Positions 8,901 to 18,448 are shown, counted from the stretch's first letter. The stretch is 37,418 bases of DNA from Candidatus Scatosoma sp. (GCA_045605705.1 JAZUQM010000051.1:1-37418), one strand, 5' to 3'. Made by a program: numbers and translations. Notes: generated from the sequence alone by a model not told the origin.

Positions 8901-9308
8901 AAGCGCCGTACCCTCGGCGTCGTCCCCGCCAATCACGCGGAACGCATTATCCACGCCCGCCGTAAAAAAATGGGTGCGAAGCAGCTTTGCGCAAAAAGAG
9001 TGTATCGTGGAAATATCCGCGCTGGGAGTTTCGGCAAGCTGTTTTTTCAAAAATGAGCGTCGTTCGGGCGTTACCCCCTCGCGGTTGATTCCTTCAATTA
9101 ACGCCTTGGAAAGCTTTTCTTTCATTTGCGACGCCGCTTTTTTGGTAAAGGTTACGGCAAGCAACTCGTCCACGCCCGAGCCCGACTCGATAAGGCGGAT
9201 AATCTTTTCAATCATAACCGTCGTTTTGCCGCTTCCTGCGGAGGCGGAAACAATCGTTTTGCCTTGCGCGTTAATGGCATTCAGTTGTTCCTGCGTAAAA
9301 CTTGCCAC
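5901..9308 (-). CDS. addA: ATP-dependent helicase/nuclease AddA (UvrD/PcrA-type helicase with C-terminal PD-(D/E)XK nuclease)
   Basis: Walker A SAGSGKTT, the DEYQD motif, and the C-terminal nuclease motif GAIDLL...IIDYKFS. A GTG start is preceded by GGGAGGGG. It lies directly downstream of addB. Confidence 0.93.
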   Translation of the reverse strand: MASFTQEQLNAINAQGKTIVSASAGSGKTTVMIEKIIRLIESGSGVDELLAVTFTKKAASQMKEKLSKALIEGINREGVTPERRSFLKKQLAETPSADISTIHSFCAKLLRTHFFTAGVDNAFRVIGGDDAEGTALKNAALDELFEEGYEQKEEKFYHLLSVYWRKKSDKTLRKLFLTAYEHLRNRADYREYLKNCKGYDEDTFDKICADLKKKLDEKCVYYRELVEDERAYFLGFEGSGQLALCEELIDLLEQTVSAKDYFSACAVQKPKFSVNRSSKKDSAEKLLHIQRLAFLKGRIVKIYDDELSKTKTREEELANFLRSGETAEALGEYLLRFDDKYEALKADRGVLDYNDLEHKALALLSNEEVVQELRQKYRYVFVDEYQDVNPVQEELISRLSGENLFLVGDVKQAIYGFRGSKSRFFVEKQQEFENGDGQNLFMTRNFRSADKVLDAVNAQFSLAMTPKTCSVDYARDSRMEKGGRYEPNSGKVSIHFVGKEEKKPAEKRGVYSVKAQAGKRAAEESLLAKIIRAIIEDERHNQFFDPDTGEYRAVRYADIAVLSRKKQGQIARTVESLAAEGIPVNAAAAVNICEFTEIKALIDLLSLIDNGAQDIALCSVLLSAVGNLTADDLTDIRLAYKDEKFFRTACKRYAAEQKDFLAHKLKKFYTYFEELRVLSRVLDVGELLTRIVSQTRMESDLLARTNGVAAVKRIRRFIEEAGSPEPLCVHAFLDRLRDLGYKIEYSENGGEDSVKVLTMHSSKGLEYPIVILDNLSAPFRGIDRDEVEVEEKYGLAPYAFDEGSMTKSTTLLRRLHEQNEAESSRADGLNLYYVALTRAKYGLHMVFEGPTAMPDVRFARSFAEFTDFSVWQEYVVEDSMAEIPKQERTALVFRPDEELAREIMRAFLWEYSFEGLENLPAKSSATQLLAKPVYGEEDDMQTFFDEDEEYDKKGATSKEAGIAYHAFLEKFDFSLLYGGEGNLIEKPLLQELIKRQNGGDMGEMNEDKLVEILSNPVFRSLQGKRLYKEQKFLVSLPIADTYAKKEGVDNVRLGENQEEIIFQGAIDLLAVGEDGEVQIIDYKFSRGGAEYLKKHYAPQLDLYRRAVSKIMRIPLEKIRCSIVSLYYGFQVDFKF

Positions 9309-9310
9309 GG

Positions 9311-12300
9311 TTATTTCCCCTCCCTTATCTCTTTTGCTATGTTCGCAATCGTACTCGGCTCGATTGCGCTTTCCTTTCTCGGTGAATAAACGTCCTTGTT
9401 AAATCCGCACATACCGCCGTATTTACAGTATTCACAGCTTCCCTCGTAGGGCGTTGGCGCAATAAAGCCCTCTTTTATTTCCTTACAACCCTGCCTAGCA
9501 ACGTGCACGGAGTAATCGACAAAATCGCTAAATACCTCCTCGTCCATAACTCGCTTTGCTGCCGCTCCGTTTTTCAGCGCGGCAGGGAAATACTCACTCT
9601 TTACGGTATCCGCATCCTTGGATAAGCTTTTATCCCCGCAAAGGAGCGCGTCCTCGCTTCCATTCAAGAACCCTTTCATACGGAACCTGCCCTCGTCGTC
9701 GCTGCGGTAATCCACGGATGCAGGGAAGTAAAAGACCCCGGCAGGTATGCGTTCACCCTTCAGCTCGGACATGTACATTTGCATTTGAATTTTTCGACCC
9801 GTATAGTAAGAAGTCGCCGTATCGTCGATAGAGCCCGTCTTATAATCCACCACGCGCACGTATTTCTCCGTACCATCCACACGGTCAACCTTGCCATGGA
9901 AAAAGTCGGCGTTGACAGGCGCTTCCGTTTGCTCGACCTTAAAAGCGGAGTTTTTAATCTGCCTGTACGCAGCCACCGCAACGTCCGCCCCCTCTTTCAA
10001 AAGCTTTTGAGAAAAGACCAGCCCCGAGGCGGTATCCTGCTGCATGGCGTATACCGACCCTTTTAGAAGCTCCTCGCCCACCGCCATTGCATAGGCGCGA
10101 AGCTCTGCTTCGGTAGAAATTTCCTCGATTTTTTTCGATATGCGTTCCAAAAGCTCGTGCACGAAATTTCCCGTATCCACGGCAAGCACAGCAGCCTCTT
10201 CCCGTTCCTTTAGCTTCAAGCCCCTTTCCGCAAAATGGCGGAACGGGCAGGAGAAATACCCTTCAAGCGAGGTAGGCGACACCTTCCCATTCTTAAAAAA
10301 TAATTCTTCTCCGCGTTGGGCGCATACCTGCCCCCCTCTATTTTTCAAATAATCGTCCTTTTCCGTAACGCTCAGTTTGTCAAGCGCGGTAAATAGTGAG
10401 GAATACTCCAAACGGGTATCCTCTCTTTTTGCCTCGTATTGGCTTTTTTCTATGAGCAATTGCCTAACGGCAGGCACGGGAGCAGAGCAAAGATAGGGGA
10501 AGTCCTCCACGTCAAGCTTTTTCCTGCGGGGCAATTTCCTGCCCTCTCCCCCGCAAAACAGGGTATCCACGTAGCGGAAAATATCGCTAAGCGCGGGCTC
10601 GCTACCGTCTGCGGACAGGGGATAGGAAAGGTGGAGTTCCTCCAAAAACGTACAAAGATTTAAGGATACGCTTTCTCTTGCACGGAGATTTACCTCGGCA
10701 ACGGTAGGCTCGATCAGCGCTTTCACGTCAGCAAGACGGGCGATTTCCTTATCGGAAACGATAGCGGTATCCGCGCCGCACCGCGGCACGGCGTCCGTCA
10801 TGCCCAAAGCAAACAGCGCGCGCACCTTTTCAATACGGCTTTCCGTGATATCCCCAATAAACACTGCGTCCGCTTTCAAGGGAATGAGGGAAATTTCCGT
10901 AGCGTCCAAACCGTCGCAAAGTACCGCCTCAAACTCCCCTGCCGTCATTTCTCTAGAACCTGTCAAAAGCTCCGCTTCCGCAAGCACTTTCTCCAAGGCG
11001 CGGGAGATTTGCGAAAGATAGCTCTTTTGCGCCACGTCCGCAACGCTATTTTCCAATTCTTTTAAGGTTTTTTCCACCTCGAAATCAGCAAGGATTTTTC
11101 TCACGGCAGCGCAATAACCTCGACCATGCCCCCTTGCTTTGATGTTTTCAGTCGCCGTCAGCACACGCGCACGACAGTTTTCCAAATAAGCGATATCGTA
11201 GCCCTCCAAGGCGTCGCCCGTTTTGATAGCGCGCTTTGCCCCGCCTCGGTAGTTGGCGAATTTAAGGAGATAATTTCTATATTCGTCGCTTTCGCCAAAA
11301 AATAAATTTTGCGTAAGCGATTGCACCGCAAGCGGAGAAAACCCCTCCTTGACCGTCCTAAAGCAATCCAGCAAAAATCTGCTTACGGGGTGATTTTTAA
11401 GGGACTTTTTCTCGTCGATAAAGCAGGGAATACCGTATTCCTCAAAAGCCTTTTTAAGAGGTAGAGAATAGGCGGAAATATCAGGCACAAGCACCGCAAA
11501 ATCCCGATAACGAACGTTGGGATTCTCCGCCATACCGCGACGGATTTTAACGGCTACGTACTCCGCCTCCGCCATTTTATTTTCCGCTTCGTATAAGCGA
11601 ATACGTCCCGTTTCTTTGCGGGATTTTGCGCGAACGGGATTAAATAAGCCCTTGCGTAAAACCTCCGCGTCGCCGTCAAGCGGTTGTCCCTTATCCAAAA
11701 TACGCACCTTACCGTATTCCCCGCATACGCGCGCAAAGGTATCGTAAGCACGGTTGGTATACAGCTCCTCCTCGCCTGCGCAAAACACGCCGATGACGTT
11801 TGCCGCCGTTTCGATTGCCGCGCGCACCGTTTCCCGTGCCTGCGCCGTAAAGGAATTGTAACAAAGGAAAAAGACGTTGACGCCTTTCAGCAATCCCTCT
11901 TTTCTCAACCTTTGAGGCAACAAGGAGAGATATTTGCTTTCGTCTACAAACCCACCATCACGCAAAAACTCTGCGTAGCCCTCGTAAATGAGCGCAAGGT
12001 CGGCAATCTTCTTTTTCAACATATCTTCGGGTAGCAGGGCAAGACTCTCCCGCAAAATTTCAGGCGTGATTTCGGACGCGGAAAGCTGCGCCAGCGTTTC
12101 ATAAATACAGCGGGCGTTGTTGCCTATACCAGAAAGCGAGGTAAAGCATTTCAACGCGCCCTCTCGCTGTAAACGGGTCATGACTTCCCCTACTGCCATA
12201 ACGGAGCCTTGCTTGGAGATGACCTGCTCTTCCGTTTTTAACAGTCTGGCAAAGGTGGACACGTGCGAGCGAAAAGTCCCGCCCAAGCGGTTCATCAAAG

Positions 12301-12436
12301 CCCGCTCGGCAAGCAAAGTCAATCTATCCTCGCAAAAGATGAGATTTATACCGCCCTGCTCCTCATACGCTTTGGCGTACTCCGCCATAACCTCCATGCA
12401 CTCGGACAGGGTATATGCTTTTAATACGGCGTTCAT
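9311..12436 (-). CDS. addB: Helicase-nuclease AddB (inactive-helicase subunit with C-terminal nuclease and Fe-S cysteines)
   Basis: Nuclease motif DRVD...VVDYKTGS, and the cysteine set FSCPF plus CEYCKYGGMC. I chose the start at M9 (MNAVLK, ATG at 12436) because GGAGGG lies 6 nt upstream. Confidence 0.9.
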   Translation of the reverse strand: MNAVLKAYTLSECMEVMAEYAKAYEEQGGINLIFCEDRLTLLAERALMNRLGGTFRSHVSTFARLLKTEEQVISKQGSVMAVGEVMTRLQREGALKCFTSLSGIGNNARCIYETLAQLSASEITPEILRESLALLPEDMLKKKIADLALIYEGYAEFLRDGGFVDESKYLSLLPQRLRKEGLLKGVNVFFLCYNSFTAQARETVRAAIETAANVIGVFCAGEEELYTNRAYDTFARVCGEYGKVRILDKGQPLDGDAEVLRKGLFNPVRAKSRKETGRIRLYEAENKMAEAEYVAVKIRRGMAENPNVRYRDFAVLVPDISAYSLPLKKAFEEYGIPCFIDEKKSLKNHPVSRFLLDCFRTVKEGFSPLAVQSLTQNLFFGESDEYRNYLLKFANYRGGAKRAIKTGDALEGYDIAYLENCRARVLTATENIKARGHGRGYCAAVRKILADFEVEKTLKELENSVADVAQKSYLSQISRALEKVLAEAELLTGSREMTAGEFEAVLCDGLDATEISLIPLKADAVFIGDITESRIEKVRALFALGMTDAVPRCGADTAIVSDKEIARLADVKALIEPTVAEVNLRARESVSLNLCTFLEELHLSYPLSADGSEPALSDIFRYVDTLFCGGEGRKLPRRKKLDVEDFPYLCSAPVPAVRQLLIEKSQYEAKREDTRLEYSSLFTALDKLSVTEKDDYLKNRGGQVCAQRGEELFFKNGKVSPTSLEGYFSCPFRHFAERGLKLKEREEAAVLAVDTGNFVHELLERISKKIEEISTEAELRAYAMAVGEELLKGSVYAMQQDTASGLVFSQKLLKEGADVAVAAYRQIKNSAFKVEQTEAPVNADFFHGKVDRVDGTEKYVRVVDYKTGSIDDTATSYYTGRKIQMQMYMSELKGERIPAGVFYFPASVDYRSDDEGRFRMKGFLNGSEDALLCGDKSLSKDADTVKSEYFPAALKNGAAAKRVMDEEVFSDFVDYSVHVARQGCKEIKEGFIAPTPYEGSCEYCKYGGMCGFNKDVYSPRKESAIEPSTIANIAKEIREGK

Positions 12437-12533
12437 TTCGCGCCCTCCTTTTCTTCTCACTCTATTATAGCATACTTAAAGGGAAAATTTCAGCTTTTTT
12501 TCACAATAAATTTGCGGAAAACTTGATTTTGTT

Positions 12534-12562
12534 TTTACAAAAGCAAAAGAATGTGGTATAAT
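12534..12562 (+). promoter_or_regulatory. Sigma-70-type promoter for the lipoprotein gene
   Basis: TTTACA, a 17-nt spacer, then TGgTATAAT (extended -10). Confidence 0.5.
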
Positions 12563-12614
12563 AATAGAAAAGTTTGCTTTTTAAGGCGGAATACCACCGC
12601 CAAACGGAGAAGTT

Positions 12615-13571
12615 ATGAAAATGAAAAAACTTGCCCCCGTCCTTGCGCTTACCCTGTGCGTTTCGGCATTTAGCGGTTGTACGGGCGATCAAAGAGAGTC
12701 CTTCTACAGCTTTTGGCAACAAAATTCCCAGGTCAAGGAACACATTTACGAAACCCTCGTATACGACGTGGAATTCGAGGCGGAAAGCGGGCTGGATAAA
12801 ATTGGATATGAGCTTGTCTATGATAACGGACAATACAAAACCGTGCTTGTCAGCGAGGAGGTAGACGGAAAAATCGTTTATACCTATACCACGGAGTTTA
12901 CGATTACCGTTACCTATACCCTTCATTCCGCATCCGAAAGCTTTACCGACCGTATCGTCAGCGTCAGCAAATTCTATGACGCGGAAAACGCTTTGCGTCC
13001 CATCTCCTCCACAAAGGAAATCCTCAGCCATTCCCCCGCAAGCGGCGGCTCGATGCTGGAAGTAAGCGATTGCTACCAAACCTTTGAATATTCCGTAGCC
13101 ACCGTTTACGACGCTGACGGCGAAGAGGGAAAAAGCACGGTTACCAAGAAAGGTAAATCCCCTGCGGAAAAGAGTTTTGAAATCGACGAAAAGCACTACC
13201 GCTATCTCGACAACGAGCAGTTGCTTTTCGCAACACGCGGACTTTCTACTAGTGTAAGCACCGCAAAGCTGTTATCGTACAGCCCCTTTGCAAATGCCGT
13301 GCAAACGGTTTCCTTAAGCTTTGCCCAAGAGGAAAGCGCAGCCTTTACCTTCTTGAAAAACGGCGTAGAGAGTACGCAAACCATTACCTATCGCCCTCTC
13401 TCCATGGTTTTAGACGAGAAAAATCCCGGCGCAACGCAAACGGTATGGATTGCCAAAACGACGGAACCGGCAAATAACGCCCACCGTAACGTGATACTCA
13501 AATTGCAAACCCCGCTTTCGTATAATTTAGGAACTTTAACGTATTTCCTTAGTTCTGCAACCTACCAATAA
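12615..13571 (+). CDS. Lipoprotein, unknown function
   Basis: Signal peptide with lipobox: MKMKKLAPVLALTLCVSAFSGC. Confidence 0.75.
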   Translation: MKMKKLAPVLALTLCVSAFSGCTGDQRESFYSFWQQNSQVKEHIYETLVYDVEFEAESGLDKIGYELVYDNGQYKTVLVSEEVDGKIVYTYTTEFTITVTYTLHSASESFTDRIVSVSKFYDAENALRPISSTKEILSHSPASGGSMLEVSDCYQTFEYSVATVYDADGEEGKSTVTKKGKSPAEKSFEIDEKHYRYLDNEQLLFATRGLSTSVSTAKLLSYSPFANAVQTVSLSFAQEESAAFTFLKNGVESTQTITYRPLSMVLDEKNPGATQTVWIAKTTEPANNAHRNVILKLQTPLSYNLGTLTYFLSSATYQ

Positions 13572-13576
13572 AACTT

Positions 13577-13607
13577 AAAACGGCTTACCCAAAGGTAAGC
13601 CGTTTTT
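13577..13607. terminator. Bidirectional terminator between the lipoprotein gene and hpt
   Basis: AAAA, the hairpin CGGCTTACC-CAAA-GGTAAGCCG, then TTTTT. Confidence 0.8.
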
Positions 13608-13610
13608 CTT

Positions 13611-14159
13611 TTACTTTTCATATACCGAGCGTTTCAAAATTCCAACGAACGGCAGGTCGCGATATTTTTCCGCATAATCCAAGCCGTACCCGATAACAAA
13701 CTCGTCTTCGATTTCAAAACAGGTAAAATCGGGTTGAATATCCGCCGTACGGCGGGCAGGCTTATCCAACAAAGACACGATACGGATATCCGCAGGGTTT
13801 CTCGTTTGCAGCATCTCCTTCAATACGTACATGGTATTGCCCGAATCAATGATATCCTCTACGATAAGCACGTGCTTACCCTCGATATTAGAGAGAATAT
13901 CCAAGCCGACGGACAGCTTACCGCTGCTTTGTGTGCTTGCTCCATACGAGGACACCTTCATAAACTCCATGGACACGGGTACGGTCATCGCCCGAAGCAA
14001 GTCGGAGAAAAAGACGACGCTCCCTTTCAAAATACAAATAGCAATGGGACTTTTCCCCTCGTAATAGGCGTCTAGTTCCTTTGCGACCTTTTTAATTCGA
14101 GTTTGAATTTTAGATTTTGAGAGTAAAACTCTTTCGATTTCATCCTTTCGCTTTTGCAT
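13611..14159 (-). CDS. hpt: Hypoxanthine phosphoribosyltransferase
   Basis: PRPP-binding motif VLIVEDIIDSGNT, and the typical C-terminus GYGLDYAEKYRDLPFVG. It lies downstream of tilS, as in many Firmicutes. Confidence 0.93.
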   Translation of the reverse strand: MQKRKDEIERVLLSKSKIQTRIKKVAKELDAYYEGKSPIAICILKGSVVFFSDLLRAMTVPVSMEFMKVSSYGASTQSSGKLSVGLDILSNIEGKHVLIVEDIIDSGNTMYVLKEMLQTRNPADIRIVSLLDKPARRTADIQPDFTCFEIEDEFVIGYGLDYAEKYRDLPFVGILKRSVYEK

Positions 14160-14163
14160 CTCT

Positions 14164-15480
14164 TTACTCCTTTGTGTCTTTCTTTTTTAAGGCTATATAC
14201 AACACGGACCTAGTATCGTCCGTAATTTTTACTTTTTGAGAAATCTCCACCCCGCAAACGGCGTATACTTCCTTCCCCACGGCAATCACGGGAAGATGCG
14301 CGCGCTCAAAGCTAGGGATTTTTTTCTCGTTAAACAACTTTTTAAGGCTCTTTCTTCCCCCGCCGAAATGCTGTATTTCATCTCCCTCTTCCCGAAAACG
14401 AAAAACCGCATTAGCAGGAAGCCTATCCTTATCCAAGCGTAATATCCGCCAAGGCGATACGTTCTCTTGAATAGGCGCGGTCGATATTTTCACCTCGTAC
14501 CTGCCCCCGTCAAATCCATTTTCATCAAAGGGCTTTTCTTGGCTTTTCTCCGCAGAGAACTGCTCTTTTTTATAAAAGAAAATCCCCTCCGCCGTTTTTT
14601 CAGCAACGATGCCTTGAGGCAAATCCAGCCTTGCACTGCGCTCTGCACTTTGCAAGCCGTATACGCTTTCAAGATGTAGCGCCGTGTAATCCTTCTCTAG
14701 CCCCATAGTCTTCAAGGCAAGCAAGCACGCCCGACGAAACAAAGGCTTCTTTTCACAAAAGTCCACGCAAATTCCCTCGTCAAAAACCGTCAATAGCGGC
14801 TTAGCGTACTCATACAACAGCTCGTCGTCCTCCGCCGCAAGCTTGGCAAAACGGACAAGCCCGTCCGTTGCCCCTGCGACCGCCTCGTTTAGCTTTGGTA
14901 AAACCTCTAAGCGCAGTTTATTTCTCGTTGCCTGCGTCTCCAAATTGGTCTTATCCACGCGATAGGAAAGGCTGTGGTTTTGGGCATATTCCTCAATTTT
15001 CGCCCTCGTCCATGAGAGGAAGGGACGGATAAGATACCCGTTCGCCTCATACATGCCTCCTACACCTGAAAGAGAAGTCCCCCTTGCCAAACGGAACAGC
15101 ACCGTTTCCGCATCGTCGTTTTTATGGTGCGCCGTAGCGATAAAATCCGCTTTTCCGCTTTTTACCAACGAGGAAAAGCTTTCATAGCGAAATTCCCGCG
15201 CCACCGTTTCCAAGCTCTTTTTATCCCGATTGACCCGCGCAGGGCAGTCCTCGCTAAACAGGAATACGGGCACGCCCCACTTTTTACATAATTCTTGAAC
15301 AAATTGCATATCCAAAAGGCTGTCTTTGCCCCGAATCCCGTGCTCACAATGCACTGCCGAAAGCAAAAAGCCGCACTCGGTCTGTCGGTTTTTTAGATAA
15401 TGCAAAAGGCAAACGGAGTCCACGCCCCCGCTTACCGCTACGCATATTTTTTTACCCTTGTAGTTTTGCAAATCCGTCAT
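14164..15480 (-). CDS. tilS: tRNA(Ile)-lysidine synthase
   Basis: PP-loop motif VAVSGGVDS near the N-terminus. I chose the start at MTDLQNY (ATG at 15480) rather than the ORF-track extension to 15558. Confidence 0.9.
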   Translation of the reverse strand: MTDLQNYKGKKICVAVSGGVDSVCLLHYLKNRQTECGFLLSAVHCEHGIRGKDSLLDMQFVQELCKKWGVPVFLFSEDCPARVNRDKKSLETVAREFRYESFSSLVKSGKADFIATAHHKNDDAETVLFRLARGTSLSGVGGMYEANGYLIRPFLSWTRAKIEEYAQNHSLSYRVDKTNLETQATRNKLRLEVLPKLNEAVAGATDGLVRFAKLAAEDDELLYEYAKPLLTVFDEGICVDFCEKKPLFRRACLLALKTMGLEKDYTALHLESVYGLQSAERSARLDLPQGIVAEKTAEGIFFYKKEQFSAEKSQEKPFDENGFDGGRYEVKISTAPIQENVSPWRILRLDKDRLPANAVFRFREEGDEIQHFGGGRKSLKKLFNEKKIPSFERAHLPVIAVGKEVYAVCGVEISQKVKITDDTRSVLYIALKKKDTKE

Positions 15481-15597
15481 AGAGATAGTATACCACACTT
15501 TGCTCCCTTTTGCAAGGGCATCAGCACAGGTTAATAAAAAATCGTGATAAAAATACACCCCAAGAGCAGGTTCGCTCTTGGGGTGTCCGTATTTGAA

Positions 15598-16719
15598 TTA
15601 GTCGCCGAAGCAAACGCCCATTGCTTTTGCCATGGTTACAAGCTCACCGTTGGGGTCAACGTTTTTGGTCTTTTGACCGATTACGTCCTCCAAGGACACG
15701 TCTACGATTTTATCGCCTTGCAACGCAACCATTCTGCCGAAGCCGCCCTTCATGCAAAGCTCAACCGCAGCATAGCCGTAGCGGGAAGAAAGCACTCTAT
15801 CGTGCGCCGTAGGCGTACCGCCGCGTTGAATATGACCAAGCGTGGTTGCTCTTGCCTCCGAGCCGGTCAACTTTTCAAGCTGATCCGCAACAAGCGCGCC
15901 AACGCCGCCCAAACGGATAGAGTCCGCGCTGTCCTCAATAACCTTCAAAACGACCTGTTTGCCGTCCAAGGACTTCGCACCTTCGGAAACTGCAACGATA
16001 GAGAACTCCTTACCGTTTGCTTTGTCCGCCTTGATTTTTTCTGCTACTTTGTTGATGTCGTAAGGGATTTCAGGCACCAAAATAACGTCTGCCGCGCCCG
16101 CAATACCTGCGTGCAAGGTCATCCAGCCAGCGCCTCTACCCATGATTTCCACAACCATAACTCTATGGTGGGACATACCCGTAGTACGGACTCTGTCCAA
16201 GCCGTCCGTTGCAATCGAAATTGCCGTATCGAACCCGAAGGTATAATCGGTATTTGCAAGGTCGTTGTCAATTGTTTTGGGGATTGCAACAACGTTAACG
16301 CCTTTGCGGGAGAAATCTCTTGCGGAAGTAAGCGTACCGTCGCCGCCTAAAATGAAGAGCGCGTCAATACCCGCAGCCTTCAAATGCTCAACCGCAACGT
16401 CGGAAACGTCCTCGTAGGTAAGCTTGCCGTTTTCGTCGCGAACAAAGTTGCCGTCCGCGTCTTTTACAGGGTATTGGAAGAGGTTATCCTTGTTAGAGCT
16501 GTACAAAATCGTACCGCCTTTCGTGATGATTTCCTCTACGTCCTCCAAACCAAGCTTCACGAAATCGCCGTGATAAAGCCCATGATAACCATGGCGAACG
16601 CCCATTACCTCCAAGCCGTATTTGGAAACGGCAGTTTTAACAACCGCACGAATAACGGGATTTAAGCCCGGGCAGTCCCCGCCGCCCGTCATAATAGCAA
16701 TCCTTTGTACCTTACTCAT
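15598..16719 (-). CDS. pfkA: 6-phosphofructokinase (ATP- or PPi-dependent not resolved)
   Basis: Motifs MTGGGDCPGLN, LGGDGT, PKTIDNDL and MGRGAG are present. Confidence 0.9.
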   Translation of the reverse strand: MSKVQRIAIMTGGGDCPGLNPVIRAVVKTAVSKYGLEVMGVRHGYHGLYHGDFVKLGLEDVEEIITKGGTILYSSNKDNLFQYPVKDADGNFVRDENGKLTYEDVSDVAVEHLKAAGIDALFILGGDGTLTSARDFSRKGVNVVAIPKTIDNDLANTDYTFGFDTAISIATDGLDRVRTTGMSHHRVMVVEIMGRGAGWMTLHAGIAGAADVILVPEIPYDINKVAEKIKADKANGKEFSIVAVSEGAKSLDGKQVVLKVIEDSADSIRLGGVGALVADQLEKLTGSEARATTLGHIQRGGTPTAHDRVLSSRYGYAAVELCMKGGFGRMVALQGDKIVDVSLEDVIGQKTKNVDPNGELVTMAKAMGVCFGD

Positions 16720-16763
16720 AATTTTTTCTCCTTATGACCTCTTCTTAATTATTTAACGCAACT

Positions 16764-16792
16764 ATTTTACCATAAATTTTGAAAAAAGTAAA
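16764..16792 (-). promoter_or_regulatory. Candidate promoter for pfkA
   Basis: On the minus strand: TTTACT, a 17-nt spacer, then TGGTAAAAT. Confidence 0.4.
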
Positions 16793-16871
16793 TAGAAAAT
16801 CGTTAAAAATACGCAATATTTCTATTTTTTTCTCCGCTGGGGTTACCCACCCGCCTAAAAAAGGATAAAGC

Positions 16872-17846
16872 TTAGTCTATCTCGCCCGAGGGAGGCGTAA
16901 TATCAACGTTATAACCCGTGGGCAAGCCCATAACGGGATAACCGCTGTCGTCAAATTCTACGCGCTGAATATTAAAGTAACGCGGCGCGTAGGCGGTTTC
17001 CTTATTATGCTCGTTCATGACGTGATAAGCACACCAAACCTCACTGCCGTCGGGCGAAAGGAAAAAGGACGCATGCCCGGGGCCGTACAGACCGTTTCCG
17101 TGTACGAGAATGGGCTTATCGTGTTTTTTCCAGTTCTTTGCGTCGCAAAGCGAACCGCCAAGATGCTCCAACACCCCAAGACAATAATTGTCCGACCAAC
17201 ACCCGTTTGCCGAATAAATGATAAACAGTCTGCCGTTACGTTCCAGGAAAAAACCGCCCTCGACGATTGCATATTTCCCAACGTAAGGAGGGGTAAGCTC
17301 CCATGCGAGCTCGGCACGCGCTATGGTAGCGGTATTTTTCCCGCAGGTATACGGATTGACTAAATCGCAAATATCCAGTACCTGCCCGTATACGGGGTCG
17401 AAGCGGGAAGAACAAAGATACTGTACGCCGTCAGGCGCGGTGTATATCGTAGGGTCAATCGACGCAATATCGGGCGAAGGCATACCGCGAAAAATCCATT
17501 CCCCCTCAAAAGGGTCGTCCGCAGGACCCTCCATGACAAAAAGCCGTTTCTCGCCGTCCGGCTCGGGCGTAATCGCACCGCTGGTATAAATATACCACTT
17601 TCCGTTGGAACCGCGGTACATTTCGGGCGCCCAAATATCCCTCCAAATCCCATCGCGCTCGCCATTTGGCGTATATATCGTAATCGAATCGCCGTCCGTT
17701 AAAACGGTATGGGCATGACGGCTGCGAAAAAGCTCCAGCTTTGCTCCGCACGTATACAGCGCGTAATAATACCCCGTTACAGGGTCGAACGTCATAAACG
17801 GATCGGGCGCATCAATTGGGGCTATGGGATTTCTAAACTTTTGCAT
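16872..17846 (-). CDS. Glycoside hydrolase family 43 (beta-xylosidase/arabinofuranosidase-like)
   Basis: N-terminal NPI..DAPDP, WAPE and five-bladed-propeller-like repeats. I chose the start at MQKF (AGAGGTG SD). Confidence 0.85.
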   Translation of the reverse strand: MQKFRNPIAPIDAPDPFMTFDPVTGYYYALYTCGAKLELFRSRHAHTVLTDGDSITIYTPNGERDGIWRDIWAPEMYRGSNGKWYIYTSGAITPEPDGEKRLFVMEGPADDPFEGEWIFRGMPSPDIASIDPTIYTAPDGVQYLCSSRFDPVYGQVLDICDLVNPYTCGKNTATIARAELAWELTPPYVGKYAIVEGGFFLERNGRLFIIYSANGCWSDNYCLGVLEHLGGSLCDAKNWKKHDKPILVHGNGLYGPGHASFFLSPDGSEVWCAYHVMNEHNKETAYAPRYFNIQRVEFDDSGYPVMGLPTGYNVDITPPSGEID

Positions 17847-17991
17847 AACGAACACCTCTTTCGCGATATTTATTATAAATATCGTTTGCTCGCCATATTA
17901 TATCACAAACCTTTGAATATCTCAACCGTTTTAAGGCACGTAAACCTTTTTATTTGAAAAAAATACAACAATTTTTCCCGTGCATTCATAC

Positions 17992-18015
17992 AAAAACGCA
18001 CCCATAAAGGGTGCG
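17992..18015 (-). terminator. Terminator downstream of the DUF4926-like gene
   Basis: Minus strand: CGCACCC-TTTAT-GGGTGCG followed by TTTTT. Confidence 0.6.
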
Positions 18016-18081
18016 CCTGCGTGTCTGTTACGAACGATTCTGCTGTAAATCAGGTTTTAGTCCTGATTTGAACCCAGCAGG

Positions 18082-18366
18082 TTATTTGTTTCTAAACAAA
18101 TCCTTAAATTCTTTAACCAACTTTTGGTCGGCAACTGAACCTGAAATTACCCTAAAATCTTCTTTTTTGATTTCTATAACGGGTTGAATACTTTTCCCTG
18201 TAAAGGGATTATAAAAATCCGCAACTACAAAACCGTATTTTTCTATAAAATTAGCCATTACTGTACCAATATACCCCTTGAACAATCCTTGAGCTGCATA
18301 ATTATCATTTAATAAAATAATTGCGTCCATTTCATCCACTAATGTATTGTTTTGATATTTATTCAT
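18082..18366 (-). CDS. DUF4926-like small protein (putative polymorphic-toxin immunity protein)
   Basis: The pattern D-x-I-x-LL-x-D...GL-x-KG-x-IGTV...(V)V-x-F...I-x-I matches what I recall of DUF4926. An AAGGAGGG SD lies upstream. The region is AT-rich relative to its neighbours. Confidence 0.6.
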   Translation of the reverse strand: MNKYQNNTLVDEMDAIILLNDNYAAQGLFKGYIGTVMANFIEKYGFVVADFYNPFTGKSIQPVIEIKKEDFRVISGSVADQKLVKEFKDLFRNK

Positions 18367-18448
18367 AATTTCCCTCCTTAATAGCTATGTCCTGAATAAG
18401 GTGTAATCAATTCTATTTTGCCTTTTGGTTTTAGCTTCCATATTGTAT

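Noticed and set aside
15544-16350. Long antisense ORFs inside well-supported genes. These are 15544..16350 versus pfkA, 12501..13196 versus the lipoprotein gene, 24636..25544 versus pepF, 30060..30668 versus the hydrolase-like gene, and several within addA/addB.
   Set aside because: They are shadow ORFs opposite strongly supported genes, with no motifs and no translation signals.
18040-18081. The hairpin CTGCTG-TAAATCAGG...CCTGATTT-GAAC-CCAGCAG contains GGGTTCAAATC on the minus strand, which is T-loop-like. It could be another tRNA-derived att remnant marking the far end of an islet.
   Set aside because: The match is only about 11 nt and no matching tRNA lies in the window. It may simply be part of the terminator region of the DUF4926-like gene.
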